Below are positions 13,336 to 27,336 of a stretch of 64,000 nt of DNA, in pieces. Where the stretch lies: assembly GCF_037042905.1 (NCBI RefSeq), contig NC_087245.1, forward strand, positions 34,474,001 to 34,538,000, written 5' to 3'. This DNA comes from Lytechinus pictus (taxonomy: Eukaryota). Each line of letters starts with the position of its first letter. Position 1 is the first letter of the stretch. The notes beneath the pieces were generated by a model. It worked only from the letters and a program-made list of their open reading frames with translations. It was not told the origin of the DNA and did not search any database. A program made the position numbers and the translations under genes.

Positions 13336-13793
13336 AGGACAAGTTCACCCTGACGAAAGGTTTGCTGTAGAAATACACAACAAAAATTAATATTGGTGTA
13401 CGTTTGAGGAAAATAAAGAAAGTTACTCGAATCTTGCTTTTTTTTTTAATCTTAGTTTTTGATTTGCGACGTCATAAACGAGCAGTTGCCCCATATGTTA
13501 CGTAATATAAAATGTATGAAGTTAATTTTTGAATGGTTCACGATTACTACAAATTTTCTTCTATCAGTAGCGGGTGTTAAATAATTTTTCGAATGATACT
13601 GAAGGTACATTAAAACCCATTTTCAATTTTCAGAGAAAATTAAAAGTTTATTGATTTTTTTTAAATTCACGATACATGGGAAGCTGCTCACATCTGACGT
13701 CAAATAAAAAAAAACAGCAATGTGGATTTTCATCATATATTTTATTTAATTTGTGTTATGGGCAATATACTTTTTATTAGGGTGGACTTCCCT
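13336..13793. mobile_element. Kolobok-like (TTAA-flanked) MITE, degenerate
   Basis: aggacaagttcaccc / gggtggacttccct+TTAA. Ends are related to the element at 54697-55299. Confidence 0.55.
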
Positions 13794-13799
13794 TTAAAC

Positions 13800-14226
13800 A
13801 GGGGCAAGTTGCGCCATGGTAATTCATGGTAATGTATATAAAAAAAAAAAAACCTTCAAAAGCCATCGATATGCAGGCAGAAAGGAGTAAATTCACATGA
13901 CAGTTCTTTTATTTTTAGAGGATGTTAGTAACTTAGTATTGAAAGAGAATTAGCAAGTGAAAGACTTTGAATAAAAAAAATTATATGCTGTTTTTGTTCA
14001 GAAGGTGGCTCAACTTACCCCCACAGATTGGGCAAGTTGAGCCATTTGACATCGTTTTTTTCAAAGGTGACAACGACTTTCAGTGTGGGGGTAGAAAGTT
14101 ATATATAGGTAAAAAAATATTTCCCAAGAATTTAATTTTAAGGCAAGGTACTTATTTCTACAATATTATTTTGTCATATCAATTCTAAAATGCAAAAAGT
14201 GTCACAACTTACCCCGCCTTCCCCTA
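13800..14226. mobile_element. TA-ended MITE remnant (pogo/Tc1-like)
   Basis: ggggcaagttgcgcca ... tgtcacaacttaccccgccttccccta, with internal inverted ggctcaacttacccc / gggcaagttgagcc. Confidence 0.5.
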
Positions 14227-14749
14227 TACAGAGCCTTCTTCTCTCTTCCCCTCTCTTCCCGACTATTACCGAAATGATAGTCTACCATCCACCTACCCCA
14301 CCCCTCTCTACGTTTCTCTCTTTCTGCCTCTCTCCCGCGCCTCCCTCTGTTTCTCTCAATCGGTTTGCTAAAGTTGGCCATCCATCTATTACCGACCCCC
14401 TGTCTCTGCTTGTATTTCTTTCTCATTCTCTCTCTCACATTTTTCTTTCTCCTTCCAAATACTGAACAAAATCATCTACCAGTCTGCTACTTATCTGCAC
14501 CAGTCCCCTTCTCTTCCTTCATCTGGCTCCGACCCCCCCCCCCCCCTTCACCCCCTCTCTCCATTTCTCTCTGCTTCTCTCCCACTTTTTACCCCTCCTC
14601 CACACCTTCTCCCCACAAAACATACTCACCCCTCTCTCTCTCTCTCTCTCACACATACACACATACAATTTTATTCTTTCGCATCACTTGCAGTTCCTTA
14701 AATTCTAATAAGTTGAATACGACAAAATAAATAAAATGAATAAAGTCAT

Positions 14750-17700
14750 TCTATTAATTTCATTTTACATTTTTATTGACAACTTATTTGACTTCATAAG
14801 TCACATACTGTATCACTATGTACAATGGATATACACTATAAACATTATATATTGTACACTTTACAGTCATTCACCATAATCAGGATCCCAGAAAAAAATG
14901 AAGAAGTGTTCATTTAAAAAAAAATGACATTCCAGAATACAAAGAGTTCACCAGACCCTTTCACAAACTACTTACTCTTAATTCATCTTAATTTTTAATT
15001 TCTATAATACATCAATATCCTAAATGCTTTCAGCCTTTCAATGATCTCCTTCCTTGTGCATTGAAAAAAATCGATATCCTTCTAACACACTTCATCCTTC
15101 CTTAACAACATTACTTGCTTTCATATTCAAATATACTTGCAAAGAACAATTTCATCACATAGGCTATTATATCATTAAAAAATGTCTCAATTAGTTCTCA
15201 CAATGCATAACCATGGCAACATAAAAATTAAATTCCTCACCTACATGTAAGAAATCACTTTGATATCGACTTCGTGACATTTCTTGAATAATAAAATTCC
15301 ATTTCCATAATGGAAATTCATGTGATACGATACTACATAAAGAATTGTAACATACCAAATGATAACCCATGGAATTTGTGAACTGCTATAGCTCCATGTT
15401 TAAATCATGTATATTCAATCCTGGTATGTTGTGGGGGATATGAGATTTATCAAAAACTAAAACAGAAACATGTTTCATGTGAAATATTTACTTGTTTCAT
15501 TTCAAGCAAATGCTCAACACCTATTACACGTACTAAAACTAGCATGGAATATACAAAATCGTTAATTCCCTTTAAAACTATACAATACTGCCCCAAAAGG
15601 GACAGAGATATGGAGATAAGAGACATGGATAGACTGAATATGTGGCCTTTGAAAAATTCAACTGAAATACACTTGAAATTCCAATCCGTGTTGGGGAATT
15701 ATTTCCAAAATGAGATTAAAACACAACATAAAGGAAAACTGAATACTGATAGAAAGTAAAATAAAAATCCTTTTTAAAAAATCCAGCTGAAAAAATGGAA
15801 TGTCATTTAGATCTTCTTTACTAAAATGGCACCATTTAGGCTAAAAAAAATTATAGTTACAATTGTTAACGTTTAAAAAGGATGAGAGAAGAATTTCATT
15901 AAACAACTTTGTTTTTCAGAACAAATCTAAAGGACTTTATTGTGTAATACAGAAAATCACCCAGTGGATAGAGAATTGCTTAAAAGCAATGGAAATCAAA
16001 GGAAATTCTAAATATTTCTCGTCATTTTAATCTCATTCAAGTATAATTCTGATGGTTGATTAAAGTTGGTATTATTTCAAATAATCTACATATAATTTTT
16101 TTTCGAAATAAGCATCGCAACATAAAACTCACGCAAACAGTATCATTTTGGCAAGCAAACAGGAAAGTTATTTTTATCCACTAACATTGTTTACAGCTGA
16201 AGACTTATAAGAAATAATCTATGAGGAAATCTGAATTGGCTATAGCCAGCTACCCAAGGTAAATTTGCCCCAGCCCACTTGGCTAGGAGCCAAGATGCAT
16301 CATCAAAATATCAATGTTTGTAAACTTGATCATGGAAAACCCACACTGGATAAACAAGCACTATGGCAATGCCACTGCACATTACGCAGATTATGAATTT
16401 CCTCTTGGAGAACTTTCCCCGAGATTCGGCCGCAACTGCTCGTCAGGGTTTTGTTGGGTAGTTGTGGTTTGTGTGCGTCACTGGAGGTTTCCCCCGAGCT
16501 GACACACAACTCAGGAGTGAAAGAGGAAGGCGGTTCGCTTAACAGGTGATTGGGGTTTGATTTAAGCCAGCTATTGTATCAATTACTCATTCATGACTTA
16601 CTGAATTCCCAGTAAAATAAACTCACCTGTTGCGGTTATTCATTTATCATAATCCCCTTTGAAAAATAATATCAAACTCATCTCCGGAAGCATCACTCTA
16701 AGTATCAATTTCATTGTTGTGGTTATCATATGAGTATAATAACACATGAATTTGAATAAAAGAAGGGGGTAAAGAGCCATTTAGAGCAACAACAAAAAAT
16801 ATAATGGAAATTATGATAGCTTGCCTGACAGATTTTAAAAGTGGTGAAAACCATCACATTCTTTTTTTATGATCATGTAATCAACCTTTACTCATAATAT
16901 TTCTCTTTTCTATCGATTAATATTTATAGGTTGTAGTCCAATGTATCATGTAGTACACATATAGCAAGAGAAAATATGAAAGCAGTGAGTGAGAAAGAGA
17001 GAGAGAAGGGGGAGAAAGAAAGGAGGGGGTAAATACATGAGATATATAATATATATATCAGACCACTAGCGCCTACAAATGAAAGCAACCTGTATAATAC
17101 ATTTCAAAGCAAGTTCCAGTATCTCCAAATTTTTACACGACTGACATAGCAACAGACCACTTTAAACCTTTTCCCTCTGAGTTTTGAAACACTGTGGTAC
17201 TCTAAAATATGATTACTTCTAGAAACTTGAACAAATAATCCACATTTTTGCACTGACGACACAAAAAATTTGCAGTAATCAATCCCTGCTTCAACAGTCT
17301 TTGTTCAACAAAATAAGTTCCCAGTAGTATTGAAACCACATTTCAACCAGACTTCACCCATAAACTCAACCACATCTATTTTCTTTTCTTTCAAACTAAC
17401 CAAATATCTTGACATCTCAAAATTTCACGTGATCTCCAACTCCATTCATAAAAAATAATTTTCTTTTTATAGTCCTGAGACAGTTTTGAATTTAAAAAGT
17501 TCTGCAGATAGAAAATATGTTCTTTTAATTTTGATCCAAACTGATATAGTCCCCTGAGAAACTTCACACAATGTCTCATCTCCATTAAATTTTCTTCAAT
17601 TTCTTTTCTATTTTTTTCTATCTTTATTTTTTTTTCTTTTCAAATTTCCTGCCATAAAAGACAATTCATCACAATATGGCTAAGTAAGGCACTAGCTAGT

Positions 17701-20065
17701 AGGATGATAGTAATAATAGGATTCTGAGGCATGCATCGAGTAAGAAAAAAACGTAAATAAATGAGCTCGATAGAAAACAATTTGAAAGTCCATGTGTGAA
17801 TAAAAAGAACCTGAAAACACAATTTGAACAGTAATACATTAATCAATCAATCCATACACTGCTCATGAAAAAAAATCTTCCAGTTCATTTGAAGAAATAT
17901 AACAGACTTATAAAAGTTCAGTCTCTTATTTTGATAATGGAAAATTCTGATGTTTCTATCAATTTTTTTACTGCAAGTATTCACTCATTTTATAGCAAAC
18001 AATGATTGCATTTCAACAGGTAAAGTGCATTGAACAAGGAATTCACACTAAGAATATGGATTGAACTTTTTGTTTCAATTTGTGAGAAAATTAAATGATG
18101 AAAGCAAGAATAATAATATCAGCACAGACAATAGAGCAAATATCTGATAAAGCAATACATGAAATGCTTTTTGATTATTGTACCTATTTGTTGCTTTTAA
18201 GTACATTTTACTTATCCTTAACTATTATACCATTTTTCTCCTATATTATTTGCTTTAATAGGTCTAAAAAATTACCAACATAATCATACAAGAAATGTGA
18301 AAGGAATTTTAACTACTAATCTTATTTGACAAAATATGAATGGATTTTATTTTGAAATATACATTCTATTTAAATGCACTTGTTAAGGTGTATTTTTTGT
18401 CATCATCATAACATTCAATATGAATTTGTAAGTTTGACCTGGACAATAACACTGAATGAAACTAACATACATGCTAAAGTGACTTGATGTAAAGAAATAA
18501 TTCATATAAAAAAATAACTTATAAAGAAAAGAAAAGAAAAATGCCAAGGTTTTTCTGCACATACATGTAACAGATCATTTCAAGAATATATATTTACATT
18601 ACGCCAAAAATGAGCGAAAGTACTAGCCCAGCCGTTTTTTGTTTGTTTCTTTGTTATTTTTTCCATTTCTTTATTTATTCTCTTTTGAGGGGAGGGGGGG
18701 GGTATGTATGCAATGAACCAGCCCAGCAATGAAGGTTTTGTGAATCATTGTTTTGTAAAACCCATGAATACATATGGTCGAAAATGTGAGAAAGTTAAGT
18801 TTATTTATATTCAGTTTTATCCTTATTGACAGCACAAACAGCTAGAATGGATATAAGAATCCATGGACTTAAAAAATTTTATGAAATTGATTCCATTTCT
18901 CTAAATGATTTTAGCCAGCAGTTACTTCCCTCTCCTAGCCAGTAAGTAAACTAAAATTACGATTGTTCTAATATTTGATCACTTTTATTAGGTGTAATAA
19001 TATCTCTTGATCAACAAATATCAAATAAAGCAATTATAATTTTGTTGGCAAAAAAGAAATCTTGCATGCAGTGCTGAAAAATTAAAATCAACCCGTTTCT
19101 CAAAGAGAACTACATGCCATTCTTCCAAGCTGCACAATAGGATCCAAAAAAGAATTTCAGTTAGAGGCATTGCAGCATATCACATGAATAATTACATTTT
19201 CAAATTTGTATTTCTACTTAAATGTGACATGATTTGATATGATTAAAACGGGTCATACAAATTCGAAACCAATTCACCGAAGTCATTTCAATAGACATTG
19301 ACCAACAATATCAAATCCCTTAAATATGAAAGTGTTTAGTTTTGTTTGTAAGCAGATTTATTTATGTATAGAATCATGGTAATTGATAAGCACTGGTGTA
19401 GGTGGGTATTGGTCAATCGTGAGGGTGGGTATGACGAACCTTGATGAACCTGGCACGTAGATGACTATGTGGTATCGAGGCAAAATTGGCACACCCCTGG
19501 ATAGGCGGGATCAAGCTGGACCAGAAACATCCACAACAATGTGGTATCCAGGTCATCTTTATCAACGTCACATCTTAATCAACTGTGCACACCCACATTG
19601 CCGTAGCCCTCCATTCTGACAAGGAAGCAGTATGTGTGTGACTGAAGATGACATGCCAATGCAGCATATAGGTGAACCCTCCAACAGGTTCATGGTGTCA
19701 CCTTATCAAGGAAAACCAAACAATGCACTATGTAGTTTCTGAGTGAGTTCTGCGGGGTCTCTGGATACTGTATTTAGGTGAACCCAACAGACCTCTGATG
19801 AGGCAGTATCTCAGTGAACCCCACAAGTCCACGTTGACACTGTTCTTCGGTGAACTGGACAACTGTTTCCAGAAGGTAAACCTTATAAACCCATGCTGAT
19901 GAGGTATCTACATGAACCCCACAGGGCCAAGGGGATACTGTACTGTCAACCAGACAACACACCATGTGAACCCTACAACATCATGGGGATACGTTACTTG
20001 GGCAAACCGGACAACCCATTACATGGTATCTACTTGAACTCGAAAGGGTCTTGAGGACACTGTAT
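14750..20065 (-). other. Probable long 3'UTR of the ZNF704-like gene
   Basis: AT-rich stretch nearly free of recognisable MITEs, running from the stop codon to a minus-strand AATAAA (plus tttatt 14772-14777). Repeats resume immediately to its left. The end point is inferred. Confidence 0.5.
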
Positions 20066-20233
20066 CTAGGTGAACCTGACGCACGCTTTCTTCCACCTGC
20101 ACTGGGTGCACCACATGTCTCGGTTCTCCATACCGTAAACCTTGCGGCATTTCTTCCCCTCCGATCTGATCTTGGGTTGTCCTGCTGAGCTGTGAGGGGC
20201 CGACTTGTGGCGGACTCTGTTCCCCGTGGATGG
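20066..20233 (-). CDS. ZNF704: ZNF704-like terminal coding exon 8 (C-clamp DNA-binding domain)
   Basis: Acceptor ...cacaaacag|. Encodes [55 protein letters not shown], a canonical C-clamp. TAG at 20068-20066. Confidence 0.96.
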   Translation of the reverse strand, partial: PSTGNRVRHKSAPHSSAGQPKIRSEGKKCRKVYGMENRDMWCTQCRWKKACVRFT

Positions 20234-21016
20234 CTGTTTGTGAAGGGGAAAAAAAAGGGGGGGTTAAGTTGGCCTATTGGTTTAACAAGTGTGGCGTGAA
20301 AGTTTGCTAGTGCAGTCTATGGAATTACCATTTCTAAAAACATCCAAGATTGAATGGAGAGACAGAAAAAGAGCACACAATTTTATGCTGCACTTCAGTC
20401 TAGTCGAGTAAATGAAACAAATCTATATAAAAAACTGGGAGTTGAAAATCAGTTTAATCTTCTGAAATACAAAATATGATTTTCTTTACCAATGTAGACT
20501 TTGAACAAATCCATCAACAACCCCCTCCCCCCCAAAAAAAAAACCTAGGATATTTGATTAACTTATAAATTCCGTCACACAATTTGAATGTAAAGAGAGG
20601 GAGAGTTCATTTGGTGAAGGAAACTTGATGAAAATCATGTTAAAAATACAAGACAATGATTGATCAAATTTATTTACCCTAATTACATTTATTCTATTCA
20701 TATTTCACTTTACATTCAATCATCATTCTATTTCTATTCATTTGCTTCAATTCATTATTATAATGTAAATTTTCATTTATTCATGCTTTCACTCATTTTA
20801 ATTTTTTTAATTCTTCTTTTTATTATTTTTAATACTTATTTTTAATTTACTACTTATTTCATTTTTATCTATCCATCCATGGACCTACTAGTAGGTCCAT
20901 GATCCATCTATCCGTTTATTTTATTCATCTACTTAATTTATCTAAATATTTCTTCGGGGGGGGGGGGCAAACTATCCCCCTTAACCTCCCCCGATCATAC
21001 ATTATAGATGACTTAC

Positions 21017-21130
21017 CTGGGAGGGCGGGGAGCATGAGGAGGGAAAGCTAAATGATGTCGGAGACGACGTGACTGGGCACCAAGAGAACGAAGGAGCTTG
21101 GGTGCTGGGAATACTCACTGGAGACGCAAT
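21017..21130 (-). CDS. ZNF704: ZNF704-like coding exon 7
   Basis: Long pyrimidine tract then ttccag|. Encodes IASPVSIPSTQAPSFSWCPVTSSPTSFSFPSSCSPPSQ. Donor CAG|GTAAGT, 114 nt, phase 0->0. Confidence 0.88.
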
Positions 21131-22615
21131 CTGGAAGACAGAGAGGGAGAAAGACAGAGAGGGAAAGAGTCGAGTCATAGAGAAAGATGGAGAGAGAGAA
21201 AGGGAAAGAGAGACAAAAGAAGAAAGGGAAAGAAAGAGAAATAGATGGTTGGATGATAGAAGAAAAGAATGGTAAAAATAGAAACAAAATACAAAAATAA
21301 AGAATAAGGAAAAAGAAGATAAATACTGTGTATTTTGTTACCTTATCTCTTTAATTAAGTTACAAAATTTGAATCTAACCAAATCAAATCAGAGAGAGAG
21401 AATCATAGAACATCACGCAGTGTAAGGCAATCTCAAGGTTTATGGTTTCATGACTGCTTATAAAAGCAACATTGAACAAATAACACCTTTAAACAATTAC
21501 TATTATCATGAGAAGATAAATATTGATGTAATGTCTGTTAAAAGTCCACGAGACAGACAAAACAACATCAAATGTAAACTTTAGCCCAATGCAATAGATA
21601 ATACAAACCAAATTTGAGTTGCAGAGAAAGAAAAGAAAACATGTTCCAGTTTTTTATCATAAGACCTGCTCATTACAGAGAAAGTTTGAAAACCTGTGAT
21701 TCCATTTCATCAACAATGATTATTTTAGAAATACACAACTTTAAACTGCAGAACTTTCTTTTCTATTACATCATCAACAACTTTCAAGTGAGTAGGTACA
21801 GCCCACGTCCAGACTTTAATCATCCAAAACAATATTGGGGTCTTTATTGACAGACTGCATGCCTATTCACAGTTCAGTTTTAAAACTCAAAGATGCAGCA
21901 ACATGAAAGACTGTACAGATGTAGAGGTTTCGAGTGCCAAGCTGCTTTCTAAACCAAAACAGACCCAAAGGTTAAAAAGAACAGGCGGGTTTTCCTCTCC
22001 TTCCTGAACGACATTTGAAACAGGAAACACGATGAAATCTGCTTGGCAAACTCTACCTAACTTCCTACGTCGCTTCCAGGGTACCCTTTACATTGATTCC
22101 CCTAGATCCTATTAAAGCAGAAATCTCTGCAAAACTTTTCCCTCATCTCCTATCCTTATTTTTCAGTTAGCTTTGAAAGTGGCATGCTCATTTCGTCAAA
22201 CTTTACTAAAAATACACAATATTTTCATTTAAAGAATTAAAGATTCACTTGTAACCTGAACTGTTTGACAATCCTCTTTTAATCATTCTTTAAGAAAGAA
22301 AGAATAATCTTTTGGAAGAGTGGTTCCAATATCTAGGTCAACAGTGACCGGCTTAATATACAGATGAAAATGTGTGGGTGTATACAGGGGCGTGAGAGGA
22401 CGTGTTTACAAACCAAATATTTTATCAATCAATCTGTTTAGCTCAGGCAATGCAAAGAATCAATTCGATTCAATTGAAACTGAAAACAAAAAGGTTTATC
22501 GAGATTCAAATCGAGATAAGTTTCCAATGTTGTGAATTCAAGGCCGATGAGGCGATTAGCCAATAGGCTTAAGGATGGGAGCTATAAGATATCGAGATGA
22601 CAAAAACATAGTTAC

Positions 22616-22973
22616 CATGGCGATTGCTTGGTTGGGCAGCGAGCCAACCAGAGGTGGGTTAGTCGAGTCACAGATGACGCTTGAAGAAACAATGTCACTG
22701 GACGTTGAGAGATGTCGCCCTCTCTTGGAGAGGATAGGTGAGGGAGAGGAAACCTCCATTGGTTTTGGTGTGATGTCTTGAGGGATGCTTGGGTGGGCGT
22801 TCTGAGAATGAGGGTGTGGTAGGCGGCTCTGATCAAGGATGAAGCCGGCGGATGGAGGTGGTGATGACGTGAACATGTTAGCAAGGGTATCGGAAACAGA
22901 TTCAACTGTAGTATCGATCTCGGTGTAGTAAAATTCCTCTTCATGATCACTGTATTCCTCCCCTTCCTTTTTC
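22616..22973 (-). CDS. ZNF704: ZNF704-like coding exon 6 (acidic EEEFYYTE conserved region)
   Basis: Acceptor tttatttctttgcag|. Encodes (R)KKEGEEYSDHEEEFYYTEIDTTVESVSDTLANMFTSSPPP..., matching the family EEDFYYTE motif. Donor ATG|GTAACT, phase 2->0. Confidence 0.9.
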
Positions 22974-23394
22974 CTGCAAAGAAATAAAAAAGAAAAAGAA
23001 ATAAGATTAAGATATCTATTACCTAAGTTGCCTTTAATTTTGTTTAGCAGTGTGTACTAGAACTGAAAAGACACAAAAAGATTGGAGTCAAAGCACCGTG
23101 TCCACTTGAATTTGCTTCATATAACTTCAGAAGACAATGAAAGAAACAAAGGAAGGAAAAGAAAATCAACTGTCATCTACTCAGATTTCAGCAGATATCA
23201 AGTTACAAACATTATCATTCATAACATTATAACATTTTGATCAAATTTCAGATTGTTATGCGAAAGCACTGAGATAATATGATCTTATCTTTTCATGATT
23301 CCCTTCTTCTCTTTTGTATTAATGGAATAAACGTATATCAAGGGATGCAGCCACTAAAATGATATCACACAAATCAATGTAACAAGATACCAGT

Positions 23395-23543
23395 CAGTGG
23401 CAGATCCAAGCGGGGGCACAAGGTGCGCATGCCCCCTCTATGTTGAGAAAATTCCCATATTGGACATGGACATTTATCGAGCTAAATCTAGGAAAGTTGT
23501 CATTAACATCCCCTCTCATTGCAAAATCCTGGAACTGCCACTG
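23395..23543. mobile_element. Small hAT-like MITE (degenerate)
   Basis: cagtggcagatcca / tggaactgccactg termini. Confidence 0.55.
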
Positions 23544-26500
23544 GAGGTACATTTTCCAGAAAGAAACCTGCAAAAAACAGGGATGATAATTGCTTCTCCT
23601 CAATCCATCTTCCAAGGACATTAGATTCTCAATCTAAGTGCACAAGAGCAATTTGATTATGTAAGGATTACGTAACAAGGTGGGCATTAAGTGAGATATC
23701 ATAACGTTTTCAAAATTATTTGCCAGAGCTTAAGGGGATAGAACTATCAATTATTATGGTATGACATTAAACTAAAAATATATCTTCAAATCCAAGTTTT
23801 TGGGGAGAGTTTGATGAGCCATCTTGGAAGTTATTTTCACTATAACAGCCAGATGGAAGGAATTCAGCAAAATATCGTGGGAAATGGCTTGATGAAATAA
23901 TTGAGAATCTTAAAAATTGCGCTATAAAAAAGATAAGGACACAAATCTTTCTGAATTTTTCAGAATCATAAACAAGATAAATACCTGTTACAATTTCATG
24001 TAATTATGTCAGACACCCCCTCCCCCTGCAAAAAAAAAATATGGGGCAATCCTGAAATTATATGTCTCTACTTGCTAGTTGACATGAAAAGGTGTAATCT
24101 CAAATTATTATGGCTTGAGAATTTTATCAAGGAGCTGAAGCTCCTTGATTTTATGAAGTGAAGTGAGAATATAAAAATATGAGTAGTGGGGGGTAAACAA
24201 TGTTTATTATTTAATGGAATGGCCCAAACAGTGATGATAACACGAAGGAGAGAATATATGAAATAATAAAAGGCCATGCTCTAACTGCGAAGATATTTTG
24301 AAAAAAAGATTTGCACTATTTTTTTTTGCAGTAAATGCAATGATAGTAATAATTACATTAATACATATGAAGAGATAAAAAAAAAAAAAAACAGAGAAGA
24401 TCAGAGACACATAAGAAAAAGACAGGTTTTATTCATTTGGAAGATATCCAAATAAATCATTATAACAGTACCATCACATTTCAGGTAGAAATGCAAAGGC
24501 ATAATTTATGGAAACAGCTGGGTGCCTTACCATCTACAGTACACCCATCAAGATGGCAAAATTAAAATATGCAACTAGGCCAATTTAATACAACAAATTC
24601 ATTAAAAAAAATGATTCTGTGGTACTACTCTGAATACAGATTTACACCATATATGAATGAAAAAAAAACAGTTTCACCTATCATTGCTTGCATTTCTTTA
24701 ATACTATATATTTTAGAATAATTTCTCTGACTTGCATGATAGCTCAACGTGGGGACTCGGGTGCAGAGAGCATTTTATGCATACCGCTCTGCTTGCATTA
24801 GGCCAATATATATATCATTAAAAATCAATAACAATGTGAACTACCCCTTCATCCCTTCCAAGGCCCCTTGATGGAGTATGTATGCTAACATTTATCTGCT
24901 TTCATAGCAACCATGTTCATTGTTGTAACCATATAGTGGTATATATCTCATTCTCATCCTGTGGCAATACAAACATTTTAACAGCATAAAGGGCTGAAAA
25001 CTGTATTTATGCTGTGATAACCGCATTTTCACCCTTTTCCAATGGTGTAGTAAACGATACAGGGACAGATGTATATACAATGCAATATGTATGCAAATCT
25101 GACAAATAAGATAGATATACTACAGAAAAAAGAACATTTGGAACAGTGGCATAATGCGTTAAAAAAATTAAGGGGGACAGACATGGTGTACTGGGCAAAT
25201 TTTCTAAAAAGCTGCAAGAAAGCTAGGCAAGTGAGCAAAAAATTTCACCTCCCCCTTATCTATATGAAACATCTCTCCTTGCTAACCAACTCCTTGCCGT
25301 ATCGAACGGGGGAAGATACCATACACTGCGCAAAATATAAACCAAGAAGCAGAAAATAGACCGATAAATTATTCATACACGGCCAAGGATAAACAACTGA
25401 TTTGAATCTCTGTCAGCTTTTACTGATGAACTATTGATCAAGATTTTTCAATGTGGATAGTCAATTTGGATAGGCAAGGTTGGGTAACAAAGGGTGCATG
25501 CTCTTTGAGAGGTTTGATAATTGGAAGAAAAAAATATTGACTGAATATCTATTGGGGCAATCCTTGAAATAAAGAACAGAGAGAGAGAGAAAGAAGGGGT
25601 GAGGGTAGAACTTAGAATGGGTGATAGAGAGAATAAGAATACAATGAAGGCATGAAAAAAAAAGTTGATGCAAACTTATGATAAACCAAAGGAAGAGAGA
25701 GAGAGAGAAAAGTAACGAGTGATAAATAAAGAGAAAGAGATAAGAGACCAAAAAGAAAAGGAGAGAGCAAGATAGATCATGGTGGTTACAATATAAGATG
25801 GAGAGGCTGCAAAATTTTCACATAATTTTTTTCTGCCGGAGGGGCGGGGGATACCGGTAAGTATATTTTCCAGATTTCATGAGGGAACCAAACTGCACAT
25901 GATTAACTGTGACACAAAATCATATCCAAATTGCCTGATCAGAAGAATGGAACGTATTGAGGTAGAGGTATAAAACCATACCATATGGTAGGTTTCCTGA
26001 CGTACTCCCAGGTGCTGCAAACGAAACCGATTGCTGGATTTGGAAGCGCTAGCACAGGTTCACTGTCCGACGTGATAGATAGAAACCCTGATGCTCGATG
26101 GACATCATCATTTTGAATTTAGTCTAATCACCTAGACCTGCATTGGTCAATTACCCAATCAGTTTTGTTTGAGTTACAAAACCTCAACAAAAGATATTTA
26201 TACACAGAGCGCCGGAAGTCATATTGCTGGGCATGTTTGTCTATATAAATCAAAATGAAGGGAAGAAGACAAATATGTATATAGTCAGGCTTTTGGTCAA
26301 GTATGATATTGAAGAATTCCCCCATCTTGATTCATTGTGGTAAAGTCTAAACTGATCAGCATTTTTCTTCCGAAACCTATACCATGTGTGTGTGCTTGTA
26401 TGTGCAGCAAGGACCCTGGGAAAATTGATTCAATACCATGATACCTAGTTTGATTTAACCAACCTTTTTCGTTGTTACTGTTCATGCGTTTCAATTTTTG

Positions 26501-27336
26501 TTTCCATTAGGGGCTTTCAAAAAAATAAATAGGACTACCTTTTCAAATAAGATGACAAGTATTTTAGGTAAATAATGTACCAAAAGTGAATTGATTTGGT
26601 TGGGAGCTTCATCATTACTATTTTTTTCACAGGAGTTTCAAGGGTCTGATATTACAGACTAGAGAGAAGTTCAATGACATTATTGGATGATGATGCAAAG
26701 ATGAGGAAAGAACGGCGGGAATGGACAGGCTTTAAAAAGGAAAATAGAAAGTGGGCATAATTGAGAGAAAAGGGGAATGGAATGGGCAATGAAAAATGAC
26801 ATAAAGAGAGAGAAATGAAGCTAAGAGAGAGAAAAAGAGAGAGGGGTGGGGAGGGAGAAAGATACACAAAATCAAAAGGAAAAAAAAAAAAAAAATTAAA
26901 TAAAGATAAACATATAATGGAGAATGAGGGATTTAGAAGCAAACAACAGCTTCGTTACCCCCCCCCCCCAATATCTAAGATGAAAGGGAAGGGCAAATTA
27001 AAGAAATTGTTGGAAAAAAAAAAGAAATGCATTTTTACGTCAACAAAGGGTCTAATATAAAGTAAGAGAAAAGAGAGACAAAAAAAGTAAGAAATTCTGT
27101 AGAGAAGGGAAGAGAGAAAATATAATGGGGTAACAGAGAAAGAATCAAGAGGGCTAAATAAATAGAGACATTGAGATGAAGAGGAAAAAGCTTTGACAAT
27201 ATTAAGGCCAAGGACAAAGCAAAAAAGGAGAAAACAAAGAAAGATGAGCTAATACTCTCCCGATCCCCGGAAAATCAGTATGCCACAACCACCCATTTCC
27301 ATAAATTAATCTAATACCTCTAGCAAGTGCACAGTA

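Noticed and set aside
15366..15398. CATGGA...TCCATG as another P-like scar
   Set aside because: The flanks are not direct repeats.
19655..20080. 36-bp periodicity as a CRISPR array
   Set aside because: The units are degenerate tandem repeats without identical direct repeats or unique spacers. The context is a eukaryotic UTR with no cas genes.
25960..26140. GC-richer block as an extra ZNF704 exon
   Set aside because: No good acceptor with an open frame. Exons 5 and 6 already join in phase with family-typical continuity (HL-R...EEEFYYTE).
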